64,000 nucleotides of DNA, taken from IMG/VR virus record IMGVR_UViG_3300030333_007705, positions 1-64,000 of that record; one strand, written 5' to 3'. Positions 18,491 to 27,143 of the stretch are shown here, piece after piece. The notes beneath the pieces are model-generated. The model saw only the letters and a program-made list of their open reading frames with translations. It had not been told where the DNA came from and did no database searches. Position numbers and translations under genes: made by a program. The stretch is from a virus. Position 1 is the first letter of the stretch; each line of letters begins with the position of its first letter.

Positions 18491-18776
18491 CGGTCGTCAT
18501 CGGTTACAGAGATAACGTAGGCACCACACCTACAGAGTAAATAAAAAAAGCAGCGAAGGGTCGATTTCTAGCAGAGCGACCGTGCTATCCTGTTTTGGTT
18601 TTTTCTTACATTCCGCACACTTACAGGCAAAAAGTGCGGGTCCATACTCTTGGCTCCATCGTCGCTGCTGGGAGCTTTTATAATAAAATCAATAAGTTAG
18701 TTGTTAGTTCATTTGAAACCTCCGTGATTCCAAAGGGTTGAGGCATCTGCTGGCCATGCCTCCCTGCGCCTGAGTC

Positions 18777-19847
18777 TTAGGACTCGGTGGACTTCCCGGT
18801 CAGGATAGCCACCAGCTTGCCAGACACCGTTTCACCGTTGTCGGCCTGCGTCTTGTGGAACGAGGTGACGTTCTCCGTGTCACCCTTGCCGAGAGCCTGC
18901 CACAGCTTCATCACAGCCTCAGAGGGCAGGGAGACGAAGTAGTTGGCAAGGTTCTTGCACTGCTCCTCGGTCATCTTCTTGTGGAAGACCTCGGTGGACT
19001 CCATCTTCTCAATGAGAGCGCAGTGCTCGTTGATATTGAAGTCGGAGGTCTTATCGACCTTGCCGTCGTCGAGGATCATCTCGACCGTGACCTGCCGCTC
19101 GTAGTTCTTCACGAAGTCGTTGAAGGACACCGCAGCCTCGAAACCGACGAAGCCAGTGGCGAGGTGGAAGATGGCGGGGTTGTGGTCCTCGACACCGAGC
19201 ATCCCAGCGGACGCGAGGCAGTCGTTGAGCCGCTTCCAAGAGCGACGCGAGGGGTAAACCTTGTTGGGCTCATAGTCCTCGTTGTGCTCCAAGTGAGAGC
19301 GGTTCTGGTTCACGAAGTCCCAGACCTCATCAGCCACGTTGCCCTTGGCCCAGGTGAGCCAGTCCTCGGTCGTGGGCTCCACGTCGAAGACGGTCCAGCG
19401 GTCAAGCTCGGCAGGGTCCATCTCGCCCACCTGATACTGCGAGCCATGCTCGCCACCGTTGACGGCAGCGATGATGACAGTATCGGGGTGAAGGTAGTTA
19501 CCGAAAATCTTGCGAGAGTCGGTAAGCTCGAAGATGCCCTGGCGCACCTCTGGAATGGCGCGGTCAACCTCATCGAGGAAGAGGAGGACTGCACGCGAGC
19601 AGGCGTCAGCCAGCCAGTCGGGCGGGCAGAAGGACGTAACGTCGCCATCCGTGCGAGGAAGGCCAACGAGGTCGCCCTCAGTCATCTGTGATGCACGTCG
19701 TTCGACGACGGGCAGGCCCATGTCGCCAGCCACCTGATAGACAAGCTCAGACTTGCCTACGCCGTGACGACCACGGAGCATGAGCGGCTTCTTGACCGCG
19801 AGGACGTGAGGGGCAACAGAAGTAAACGTCTTGAAATCGATAGCCAT
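18777..19847 (-). CDS. MoxR-family AAA+ ATPase
   Basis: Walker A GRHGVGKS, Walker B LLFLDEVDRA, MDPAELDRW, PSRRSW. Confidence 0.9.
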   Translation of the reverse strand: MAIDFKTFTSVAPHVLAVKKPLMLRGRHGVGKSELVYQVAGDMGLPVVERRASQMTEGDLVGLPRTDGDVTSFCPPDWLADACSRAVLLFLDEVDRAIPEVRQGIFELTDSRKIFGNYLHPDTVIIAAVNGGEHGSQYQVGEMDPAELDRWTVFDVEPTTEDWLTWAKGNVADEVWDFVNQNRSHLEHNEDYEPNKVYPSRRSWKRLNDCLASAGMLGVEDHNPAIFHLATGFVGFEAAVSFNDFVKNYERQVTVEMILDDGKVDKTSDFNINEHCALIEKMESTEVFHKKMTEEQCKNLANYFVSLPSEAVMKLWQALGKGDTENVTSFHKTQADNGETVSGKLVAILTGKSTES

Positions 19848-19943
19848 GATAACTCCGTGTCAGGCTAAGAGGGAACATATTTGGTGTCGGGCCTTCCGAC
19901 ATAACTAACGTAGGAACCAGATTGTGCTGGTAAACACTTTTTT

Positions 19944-20594
19944 TTACTTTCGCGACTTTTTGAGCCAACGCTCTTGAATCACTAGGGTTTCTCCTGCGCC
20001 GATAGGCAGGACAGTGTAGGACCGCGAACCCTTGGTTGCGTGCAGGACATTCTGCTCGACATCGACGATGAGCACATCCTGGCCGCGAAGGCTCGGACGT
20101 AGCGGGCTCTGCATCGAGTCTCGAATCGTGACCATCGTACCCACCGCATAGAGAGGGCTCGCCGCTGCATTCGCCATCGCTCGTTGGACGTACTTGTTCT
20201 CAACCATCTTGCGATACAGCTTTTCGGACGGTATGTAGTTGGAATCATTGATGATTCTGTCCGCCGCATCGCTGAAGTAAGGCGGGTTTGCCTTGTAGTA
20301 GTTCGCAGCGAACACCGCCTTGGTGCGCTTCTCAGGAGTCCACGACTCATTCCACGACTTGCGTGCGGCCTGGAAGGCCGGGTCGGAGTTCCTCTCGATG
20401 CGCTGATAGACCTCATGCTGCTTCGCAGTGAGTCGGCCCCACTTCTTGGCAGATTCGAGCAAGGAAGACAGGAAGTTGCGCTCCCAATCCGTCAGCGTCG
20501 AGATTCCTTTCGCAGCCGTCTTCTCAATGCGAGCGACAAGCTCAGGGTTGTTCTGTCGAGGCTGTCGATTGTAGCGTCGTCCGTAGTATCCCAT
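19944..20594 (-). CDS. Early protein with C-terminal SH3/KOW-like domain
   Basis: LTDWERNFLSSL...LTAKQ; YAVGTMVTIR; promoter at 20625-20652. Confidence 0.7.
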   Translation of the reverse strand: MGYYGRRYNRQPRQNNPELVARIEKTAAKGISTLTDWERNFLSSLLESAKKWGRLTAKQHEVYQRIERNSDPAFQAARKSWNESWTPEKRTKAVFAANYYKANPPYFSDAADRIINDSNYIPSEKLYRKMVENKYVQRAMANAAASPLYAVGTMVTIRDSMQSPLRPSLRGQDVLIVDVEQNVLHATKGSRSYTVLPIGAGETLVIQERWLKKSRK

Positions 20595-20653
20595 CGTCGT
20601 CTCCATTGTCCGGGGTACGTGTAAAACATAGGCACGGGTTTCGCTGAGTAAAG

Positions 20654-20783
20654 AAAAAAAGATAACATGGCGTCCAGTCACCACACTGGATCGATGGTTC
20701 AGCTAGCATCGTTTTCCGCCACCCGTATACGCGGGCTTGAACTAAGGGGTCGGTTCAGTATCCGCCACCATGTCATCTTGGTA
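20654..20783 (-). ncRNA. Candidate structured small RNA
   Basis: Own promoter (20789-20816), 14-bp closing stem followed by a U-tract, four internal hairpins, no convincing ORF. Confidence 0.55.
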
Positions 20784-20824
20784 TCTTTAATATAGTTACG
20801 AGAAAAAAGTAGTAAACACCTTGA

Positions 20825-21034
20825 TCAAAGTTTTTCTAAGTCCTCGACAAACATCGAGTCCCAATCCCATCGATCGTTCCACTGGACCCATACCGACCAC
20901 AGTGCCCCGTCGCGTTGGAAACAGGCGGTCGATGCCTCTTCGACCACGATGCCAAGAGCATCAGGGGGAATCTCTCCGTTGTTCCTGTGGACCTCTGGGT
21001 CATCCAGAAGTCTAACCAAATCACCTACTTGCAT
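20825..21034 (-). CDS. SH3/KOW-like cassette protein
   Basis: MQVGDLVRL...GIVV...VQW...EDLEKL. Confidence 0.75.
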   Translation of the reverse strand: MQVGDLVRLLDDPEVHRNNGEIPPDALGIVVEEASTACFQRDGALWSVWVQWNDRWDWDSMFVEDLEKL

Positions 21035-21227
21035 TGACCACCTTCAGAATGTTTGCCGCGTAAAAACCAGCGGGAGTGTATGTATCAACCCACTCGATGT
21101 AGGCTGTGGGTTGTCCGTGTGACGTGGAGCCTGTTTTAAGCACTACGCCAAGATACTTAGAGCCACGACCCAAAGTCTCGGTGGCTGAATAGTGCGACTC
21201 AAATGTAACCAAATCACCGACTTGCAC
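21021..21227 (-). CDS. SH3/KOW-like cassette protein
   Basis: MQVGDLV...VVNASR*, 14-nt overlaps. Confidence 0.75.
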   Translation of the reverse strand: MQVGDLVTFESHYSATETLGRGSKYLGVVLKTGSTSHGQPTAYIEWVDTYTPAGFYAANILKVVNASR

Positions 21228-21396
21228 TGATTATCTCCAACATGCTGTTCACTTCTAGTGTTGGGCCTGGTTCCAGCCGGTCGTCATCAGTTTCGTATGT
21301 CCACTGCACCATGCAGTGTGCGCCTAGACTCTGCACCACTAGACCACAACCCAGCCTGGGAATCTCTTTATGTTTCACTAAGTTACCGACTTTCAC
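21214..21396 (-). CDS. SH3/KOW-like cassette protein
   Basis: MKVGNLV...LEIISASR*. Confidence 0.75.
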   Translation of the reverse strand: MKVGNLVKHKEIPRLGCGLVVQSLGAHCMVQWTYETDDDRLEPGPTLEVNSMLEIISASR

Positions 21397-21553
21397 TGAT
21401 GACCCTCAACTGGCTCTGATACATATCGGCCTCGCCGTTTGGCCACTGGACTGTGGCGCGCTTGTCCAGGCTAGTAGTTCTCAAAATCTTGGCTACGATG
21501 CCCACGCCGTCTGTCTCCCAGCCTTTTTGCACAACCAAGTCACCGACTTGCAC
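21383..21553 (-). CDS. SH3/KOW-like cassette protein
   Basis: GTG start MQVGDLVV...LRVISESR*. Confidence 0.75.
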   Translation of the reverse strand: MQVGDLVVQKGWETDGVGIVAKILRTTSLDKRATVQWPNGEADMYQSQLRVISESR

Positions 21554-21695
21554 TGACGACCTCGCACTGAGATGCAACGAACCAGACCGTGTGTCCGGTG
21601 CTGGTGAGTACCCTCAAGGTGCCGCCAGCGTTTGGCCGAGATAGCACCGTGGCCATCTGTCCATTAAAATATCTAATAATATCACCGACTTTCAA
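21540..21695 (-). CDS. SH3/KOW-like cassette protein (51 aa, not in ORF track)
   Basis: TTG start MKVGDIIRYFNGQMATVL...CEVVSASR*. Confidence 0.7.
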   Translation of the reverse strand: MKVGDIIRYFNGQMATVLSRPNAGGTLRVLTSTGHTVWFVASQCEVVSASR

Positions 21696-21886
21696 CTTAC
21701 CAACTCCAAATCGCCTTCAAGGTAGCGACCAGTCAGGCGACGGGCGTGGTGAGAGATGACACTGACGTGCCAAACCTTAGTGCCCTGAGCGGCTGAAAGC
21801 CACTGCCAAGACATGAGCATCGCAAGTGTGTTTTGTGGCAAGCCGATTGAGGCTCGCTTGATTCTCACTAGATTACCGGGCTGCAC
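21692..21886 (-). CDS. SH3/KOW-like cassette protein
   Basis: MQPGNLVRI...DLELVS*. Confidence 0.7.
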   Translation of the reverse strand: MQPGNLVRIKRASIGLPQNTLAMLMSWQWLSAAQGTKVWHVSVISHHARRLTGRYLEGDLELVS

Positions 21887-22052
21887 TAACTACCTCTGCA
21901 CATCGCTTGAGTTCTCTCATGCTCATCCAAGTTGGGTTCTTGAAGTGAACGTCCTGTGTAACTAATATACGAACGTGATTGTAGTCAGTAAACTCTAAAA
22001 TCAAACCAGTGTAGTTTGTTTCAGGAAACCTAATCAAATCACCTACTTGCAC
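21873..22052 (-). CDS. SH3/KOW-like cassette protein (59 aa, not in ORF track)
   Basis: MQVGDLIRFPETNYTGLILE...AEVVSAAR*. Confidence 0.7.
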   Translation of the reverse strand: MQVGDLIRFPETNYTGLILEFTDYNHVRILVTQDVHFKNPTWMSMRELKRCAEVVSAAR

Positions 22053-22224
22053 TGATTAACTCCAAAAACGGCATCGCGCAACTTCTAGGCTCACGGTCAG
22101 GCATCATGGACCACTTGACGAGACATCGCCTAGCCTGGGGCGTCACCTCGACAATGAGCCCAACACCATACAACTCCGGTGGGGCCACGGCTGGCCTGAT
22201 AGTCACCAAGTCACCGACTTTCAC
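22039..22224 (-). CDS. SH3/KOW-like cassette protein
   Basis: MKVGDLVTI...LELISASR*. Confidence 0.75.
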   Translation of the reverse strand: MKVGDLVTIRPAVAPPELYGVGLIVEVTPQARRCLVKWSMMPDREPRSCAMPFLELISASR

Positions 22225-22267
22225 TGGCAACCTCCACGCCCCAAGGGGCTGCACAGCGCAGTCTCAC
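22211..22267 (-). pseudogene. Remnant of a deleted cassette
   Basis: 18-codon frame MRLRCAAPWGVEVASESR* between two connectors. Confidence 0.5.
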
Positions 22268-22433
22268 TGATGACTGTCACGTTTTTAGGGTCTGCATGAA
22301 TATCATGAGGGTGGTCGAATGGTCTGATTCGCCAGACTGGATAGCGCTTCGAGCCGTCGTCGATGCCGACGATGAGGCCAAACTTTTCACCATACTGCTT
22401 TGTCTTTACTTTGACTAAGTTACCGACTTTCAC
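22221..22433 (-). CDS. SH3/KOW-like cassette protein
   Basis: MKVGNLVKV...VTVISE then read-through into the remnant. Confidence 0.7.
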   Translation of the reverse strand: MKVGNLVKVKTKQYGEKFGLIVGIDDGSKRYPVWRIRPFDHPHDIHADPKNVTVISETALCSPLGRGGCQ

Positions 22434-22596
22434 TGATAACCTCCAGTTGGTTCGCGAACCTCGCGGCACGAAAGCCGTTGTCAGGATTAACAGTGACAAC
22501 CATCGTTTCGAGACTGTGTTGCACATCCACTACCAAAACAACCGGGTTGGACTCCAGTGTTTTAGATTTATATCTAACCAAGTCACCGGGCTGCAT
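22420..22596 (-). CDS. SH3/KOW-like cassette protein
   Basis: MQPGDLVRY...LEVISESR*. Confidence 0.75.
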   Translation of the reverse strand: MQPGDLVRYKSKTLESNPVVLVVDVQHSLETMVVTVNPDNGFRAARFANQLEVISESR

Positions 22597-22807
22597 TGAC
22601 AACCTCCAACTCGTCGAGAGCCATAGGATGCAAGCCATCGTGGACTTGCCCAAGGCCGGGAGCATCGCGACCCTCGCCTTCAATACCAGGGTAGTGAACT
22701 TGAATCGTCATGTCGCCATGCGCTGCGAAAATCTTTGCGGCGACGCCAACGCGACCTTTGTAGAAGCGAGCGTAACCAACATACCTTACCAAGTCACCGA
22801 CTTGCAT
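22583..22807 (-). CDS. SH3/KOW-like cassette protein (first in array 1)
   Basis: SD AGGAG, MQVGDLVRY...LEVVNAAR*; promoter at 22840-22868. Confidence 0.75.
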   Translation of the reverse strand: MQVGDLVRYVGYARFYKGRVGVAAKIFAAHGDMTIQVHYPGIEGEGRDAPGLGQVHDGLHPMALDELEVVNAAR

Positions 22808-22976
22808 GTCCATCTCCTGTGTCATCCGTGGACAACTAAAACATAGTCACGCAGTCGGGACTGGTAAAGAAAAAAAGTCTACTGCACGATGGCGTAGACG
22901 AGACTAGCTAGGCAAATCGTGCCATAAGAAACTGCAAGTGTCATCCTGTTTCTCCTTTTATTTCAATGAGTTATAG

Positions 22977-23141
22977 TTATGCCTTGAGGATGCGACTGCT
23001 GCCACAGGCAGTGCAGTTGCTCTCGCAGGCGGGGCGAGTGGGCTTGGGCTTGTTGAGGTATTTGCAACCACAAGAGCCACAGTAATAGTTGTAGGGTTCA
23101 GGCTTCGGCTTGGGTGCTGGACAGCACCAATAGCTCATAAT
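22977..23141 (-). CDS. Small Cys-rich zinc-ribbon protein
   Basis: CGSCGC...CTACGS. Confidence 0.5.
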   Translation of the reverse strand: MMSYWCCPAPKPKPEPYNYYCGSCGCKYLNKPKPTRPACESNCTACGSSRILKA

Positions 23142-23143
23142 CA

Positions 23144-23356
23144 TTAGATTACCTCTAGGTGGCTCCTTTGAAACCACCACGGTTTGCCATGTCGTTGTTG
23201 TGATGCAGACAACTCTGGACCAATAGGCTCGACGACACACTCGATGCCTATCGTCTTGACTACTAGCCCGACCCTGCCTGCTGCTTCTGTGTTGGGGTAG
23301 TCCTCGCTAATCTTTACGAGGTTGCCAACTCTTGGTTTCGGGGGTCGTCCTTCCAT
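23144..23356 (-). CDS. SH3/KOW-like protein (probably leaderless mRNA)
   Basis: RVGNLVKI...HLEVI*; ATG 7 nt from the -10 box. Confidence 0.7.
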   Translation of the reverse strand: MEGRPPKPRVGNLVKISEDYPNTEAAGRVGLVVKTIGIECVVEPIGPELSASQQRHGKPWWFQRSHLEVI

Positions 23357-23392
23357 GCTGATACCATAGGAACAGATAATGCAGAGTAAACA

Positions 23393-23782
23393 TTAAATCG
23401 AAATATGCCTGGAAATGTAAATGTTTTCAAAGCCATAGCCGCGTGTTTCGTTGTCATCCATGTCTTCGCCAACGCGAACAAACTTGAAAAGCTCCGCGTA
23501 GTTAGGAGCGTTATCGTCGTCCTTGAGGCCAAACTCCGACAGGTCTTCACACTCCAGGCCCTCGATGAACTTCTCAATCATGGCGATCTCTGGATAGCTG
23601 TCATACCACTTGACATGCTCCCAATGCATGAGCCAGTTGCCCTTGCCGTCGTAGTCGGTGTCAAGATTGTCAACGTCCCTCGTGCATAGCTTCTGCGTCT
23701 CCTCGCACTTGGCGAAAGCCGTCATCAAGGCTGGCATCAGTTCTGCATGAACTGCCAGTATTACTTCAGATCTGTATCCCAT
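23393..23782 (-). CDS. Hypothetical phage protein
   Basis: MGYRSEV...VKWYDSY...FVRVGED. Confidence 0.75.
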   Translation of the reverse strand: MGYRSEVILAVHAELMPALMTAFAKCEETQKLCTRDVDNLDTDYDGKGNWLMHWEHVKWYDSYPEIAMIEKFIEGLECEDLSEFGLKDDDNAPNYAELFKFVRVGEDMDDNETRGYGFENIYISRHISI

Positions 23783-24049
23783 TTACCATGCTCCGTTGTA
23801 AGACCAGCAGAAATCATTATCCCACTGGCACCATTCTTCATACCATCCATCGACCATCCAGACACAACATGTTGTGCCATCGTCGTACCAGTCGCACCAT
23901 TCGGGCTCCCAATAATATGGATCTTCTGTGCAATAATCAGGCGTGTAATAGACTACCACGCCGCTTGTATTTGGCACCGGCCTAGTCTCAAGCTCGACCG
24001 TGCAGCATGACAACAATAGGCACAGAGTCGCGAGAGTAAAGTTTTTCAT
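23783..24049 (-). CDS. Small Trp/Cys/Asp-rich lipoprotein
   Basis: Lipobox LLSC; WCDWYDDGTTCCVW...WCQW. Confidence 0.6.
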   Translation of the reverse strand: MKNFTLATLCLLLSCCTVELETRPVPNTSGVVVYYTPDYCTEDPYYWEPEWCDWYDDGTTCCVWMVDGWYEEWCQWDNDFCWSYNGAW

Positions 24050-25170
24050 CGACGCTCCTCCCACAGTCGCCAACCAGCCTTTGTGATGGCGTCTTCACTG
24101 TTCCTCTGTTTCTTGTGAGAGGCAAAGACCTCGCTGCCATCAGGCATACGAATGAGGTACTGTGAGCCTCGGATGTGCTCAACTACGAGCGCACCCTCAA
24201 AACCTTTCTGGGTGATGAGTGAGCCAACGAGAGCTTGTCGCTCGCGGGCAAACTGTGCCCTATCTTCAGCGGTTAGCCGTCGGTTCCTTGTTCTGTCTCT
24301 GCGTCTCATACTCTCTTCTCCGGGTAGAATCTATAGACAAGACGCCAGTGCTGGGCGCGTTCCTGCTTGGTAGCCTCATCCCAATAGAGAGACGGGGAGC
24401 TGTCATCTTCCCAAACAGCCGACGCATACTGAAGTTCATAGTCGCTGTCTTGTCGCTTGAAAATCTGAACTGCGATATTCTCCAGAACCACTTGCCCTGC
24501 ATCAACTGTATCAGTAACAAGCGAGCCAAACTTTGGGTGGTTAATATCGGGGTTAAATCGTGTCATCGAAGTCGTCCTCTTCGTCGTTCACTGGTACTAT
24601 AGGAACGCCATCAGGTAGAGTAAACCTGTCATCATCAGAAAAAACCAAATCGACTTCGCGATCTCCACTAACATCTCGTTTTTGTTCATCTTTTTTACTC
24701 CATCGAGTTATGTGGAACCATTCTTTTTCAGCCATTCGATAGCAACTTGACTTCCCAGCACTGAACCTTGTCCGGGTTGTTTTGTCGCGGACGATATTGT
24801 GGCGCCTTGAACCAGTGAACCCAGAGGTCATAGCGAGCCTGCTTTTTGCCTCCAAGCACCTTGGCGTAATGCTCTTCCAAAACATATTCCTTGTGAAGAA
24901 CCATGCCAAGTGTGTGGCACGGCTCAGGCGCATAAGCCTCAGTTACCATCGCACCGGGTTTCAATTGTTTGCAGTCTTTCATATTCATGGTGCTATGAAC
25001 TTCTCCTTCTCCTCTGAAAAGGAATCAGGCAGTGAGACTGTCTCGCCGCGCACTTGCTCCAGCTTGCAACTGTCCTCGATGTCAGCAATCATATTGTCAA
25101 CGTCTTCAAGTGCGCGTGTGATCTTGTCTTTGACGCTGCGAAGCTGTTTCAGTTTTTGTTCGTCTGTCAT
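24046..25170 (-). CDS. Run of five small coupled hypothetical genes (24046-24309, 24306-24566, 24553-24735, 24728-24988 SH3-like, 24985-25170)
   Basis: Overlapping start/stop codons; promoter at 25188-25215. Confidence 0.6.
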
Positions 25171-25218
25171 TGTCGTCTCCTGCGTGTAACATAGGCACGC
25201 TCCGTCGCGAGTAAAAAA

Positions 25219-25401
25219 CTATGCGGGCGACACGACAAAAAAACTTTTCGCCGCTTTCCACTCTTCAGGATCATCTGCCGTCACGATGAACGGACCCTTC
25301 GCATGACCTAGACTCTTTGTCACCTGAACCACCAGCTTTGATGGCAGGATGTTAGCATGGTTTTGATAAGCCTTGCTCATCACCAAGTCTCCAACTTTCA
25401 T
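25219..25401 (-). CDS. SH3/KOW-like cassette protein
   Basis: MKVGDLVM. Confidence 0.7.
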   Translation of the reverse strand: MKVGDLVMSKAYQNHANILPSKLVVQVTKSLGHAKGPFIVTADDPEEWKAAKSFFVVSPA

Positions 25402-25661
25402 TTGACTACCTCCAAGAAGTCACCGTAGTGCGAAAGCGAATCACCGCGCACTGTATTGAGATTAAAGATACCGCCCCAACCATAACCATCCTCTTCTGGT
25501 CCTGTGATTACAATCGCCAACTGACCGTCCAGATTTTCATCAAAGTTGTCATTACCGGGCGGGCGAAGCTCCTTACCGAATCCGCGACGGGGTGGTGCAT
25601 GTACGAAGCGGACCAATGTGCCAGCCGGAATGTCTTTAGGGGAGTTGCGCCAGTTCTTCAT
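25398..25661 (-). CDS. SH3/KOW-like protein
   Basis: PAGTLVRF...FLEVVK*; leaderless after promoter 25668-25695. Confidence 0.65.
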   Translation of the reverse strand: MKNWRNSPKDIPAGTLVRFVHAPPRRGFGKELRPPGNDNFDENLDGQLAIVITGPEEDGYGWGGIFNLNTVRGDSLSHYGDFLEVVK

Positions 25662-25697
25662 GCTTAAACCGTAGGAACAAAATCTAGCGAGTAAAGA

Positions 25698-25904
25698 CTA
25701 TTTTACGTGTTTGAGATCGCGGCGCACTTGGAACATCGGTTTGTCATGTCCAGACCAATGCACAGTGACATGGGTGCCTGGATGGCGTGGGACACTACTC
25801 AAGTTCTCGATGTCTGTCACCAAGCCTACCGCGCCACGAGCGGCAAAGTTGCACGTCAGCTTCTTGCCGTAAGCAGAAAGCTCAACTAAATCACCGACTT
25901 TCAC
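25698..25904 (-). CDS. SH3/KOW-like cassette protein
   Basis: MKVGDLVEL...GLVT...VHW. Confidence 0.7.
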   Translation of the reverse strand: MKVGDLVELSAYGKKLTCNFAARGAVGLVTDIENLSSVPRHPGTHVTVHWSGHDKPMFQVRRDLKHVK

Positions 25905-26079
25905 TGACAAGCTCCAGTTCCATTTCGTTCCACCAAGTCCTATCTGCTCCCGGCCAATCGACCTCGTAGTAGACTATGCCGTAGTCGTCTTCATACATAT
26001 CAATGACTATTCCATAGCCGTAGTCAACGCCAAGCATCGAAGCATCATTCTTTGGCAGAACAACATCACCGACGTTCAT
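25891..26079 (-). CDS. SH3/KOW-like cassette protein
   Basis: MNVGDVV...LELVSESR*. Confidence 0.7.
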   Translation of the reverse strand: MNVGDVVLPKNDASMLGVDYGYGIVIDMYEDDYGIVYYEVDWPGADRTWWNEMELELVSESR

Positions 26080-26296
26080 TGTCCCCACCAAGATGGATCA
26101 CCACCTGCTTCGATGAGTCGTCGAGATCAAAGGCGCTGTGCCAGCCAGACTGCTCTGGGTGCAGAAACCACTTGATGTAATATGGCTCCGGCTGGCTTCC
26201 GTGCGCGTTACTGTGGTCTACCTCAGAGACGATACCAATGTCGCCGTCAAGAATATATAGAACGTGGTCGCCTACTTTGAAGTCTGATTGCATCAT
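26066..26296 (-). CDS. SH3/KOW-like cassette protein
   Basis: FKVGDHV...GIVS...IKW; ends NERR*. Confidence 0.7.
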   Translation of the reverse strand: MMQSDFKVGDHVLYILDGDIGIVSEVDHSNAHGSQPEPYYIKWFLHPEQSGWHSAFDLDDSSKQVVIHLGGDNERR

Positions 26297-26664
26297 GGGT
26301 CCATGAGTTCTGAGAGGTTGTCTCGCCAACCGATGGCCTCGTCAACGTAGTCTCCATAAGTATCTCGCCACTTGATGCTGCCATCGAAGCACTTGATGTA
26401 GACATACTCTGGGCCTAGATCTTCCATTGAAGGATTCTGGAGTATACATGGATTGATGTAGTCATCCAGGTATTCTGTACCATGAGTCTTGATGATGCGG
26501 AAGCCTCCTCGCGGGGCAGCGAGCAAAATGTGAGTCAACAAAACGTCGTTGTCGATTGCTGCCAATGTCGGGAACATATGGCTAGGGTAGCCATCATAAT
26601 GACAGTATGTGCCAACATATGTCCCAGGCTCAGTCTCAACATAAACATTAGAGCGCGTGCCCAT
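26293..26664 (-). CDS. Hypothetical phage protein
   Basis: MGTRS...YCHYDGYP...EYVYI. Confidence 0.75.
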   Translation of the reverse strand: MGTRSNVYVETEPGTYVGTYCHYDGYPSHMFPTLAAIDNDVLLTHILLAAPRGGFRIIKTHGTEYLDDYINPCILQNPSMEDLGPEYVYIKCFDGSIKWRDTYGDYVDEAIGWRDNLSELMDP

Positions 26665-26665
26665 T

Positions 26666-26959
26666 TTATGCCTCCAAGTAGACGATGCCCGCTGGTAGCT
26701 CACCAGACACTACGCCACCGTGCTTTGCAATCACATCCAACACGGTCTGCGAGGGCACCCAACCATAGACAGTCTCAGTCAGGTTTTCCGGGTTCTCTGC
26801 GTACCTCTCCAAGAGGGGCTCAGGCTTGTTTGGGAAGCCAACCTCGACCTCATCATATGAGGCCGCGTTGTCAGACCTTGGGCTGCAATATGCGTTGCTG
26901 TTAGCTTGCACGCTCATGCTGAATCCGTCAGCGCACTTGATTCTTTTATTCTTGCTCAT
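26666..26959 (-). CDS. Hypothetical phage protein
   Basis: CADGFSMSVQA...YCSPR...VEVGFP...VYGWVP...KHGG. Confidence 0.75.
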   Translation of the reverse strand: MSKNKRIKCADGFSMSVQANSNAYCSPRSDNAASYDEVEVGFPNKPEPLLERYAENPENLTETVYGWVPSQTVLDVIAKHGGVVSGELPAGIVYLEA

Positions 26960-27143
26960 CTACAATCTCCAGCCATGCCTTGCTGTTCCATGAATAATCA
27001 GGGCAACCCGGCGGTGGGTTAATCCAATGTACCTTGTAGTCACAACCGTTCATTGGTTGGTTGCGAATGTTCACTTCTACTATAATCCCCAAACCGCTCC
27101 GGTCAAGGGCATGTGTATTATTTACTAAATCACCGACTTTCAT
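26946..27143 (-). CDS. SH3/KOW-like cassette protein
   Basis: MKVGDLVN...WLEIV. Confidence 0.7.
   Translation of the reverse strand: MKVGDLVNNTHALDRSGLGIIVEVNIRNQPMNGCDYKVHWINPPPGCPDYSWNSKAWLEIVDEQE

Noticed and set aside
14112-19691. Long plus-strand ORFs (14112-15278, 17252-18520, 18855-19691)
   Set aside because: They are in-register antisense shadows of the sigma, VWA and MoxR genes caused by high GC3; they have no motifs and no SD or promoter.
20825-22807. Connector array as a CRISPR array or DGR
   Set aside because: The repeats are degenerate, spacing is 155-210 bp and every spacer is an intact ORF. There is no cas gene, reverse transcriptase or adenine-specific TR/VR pair in the window.
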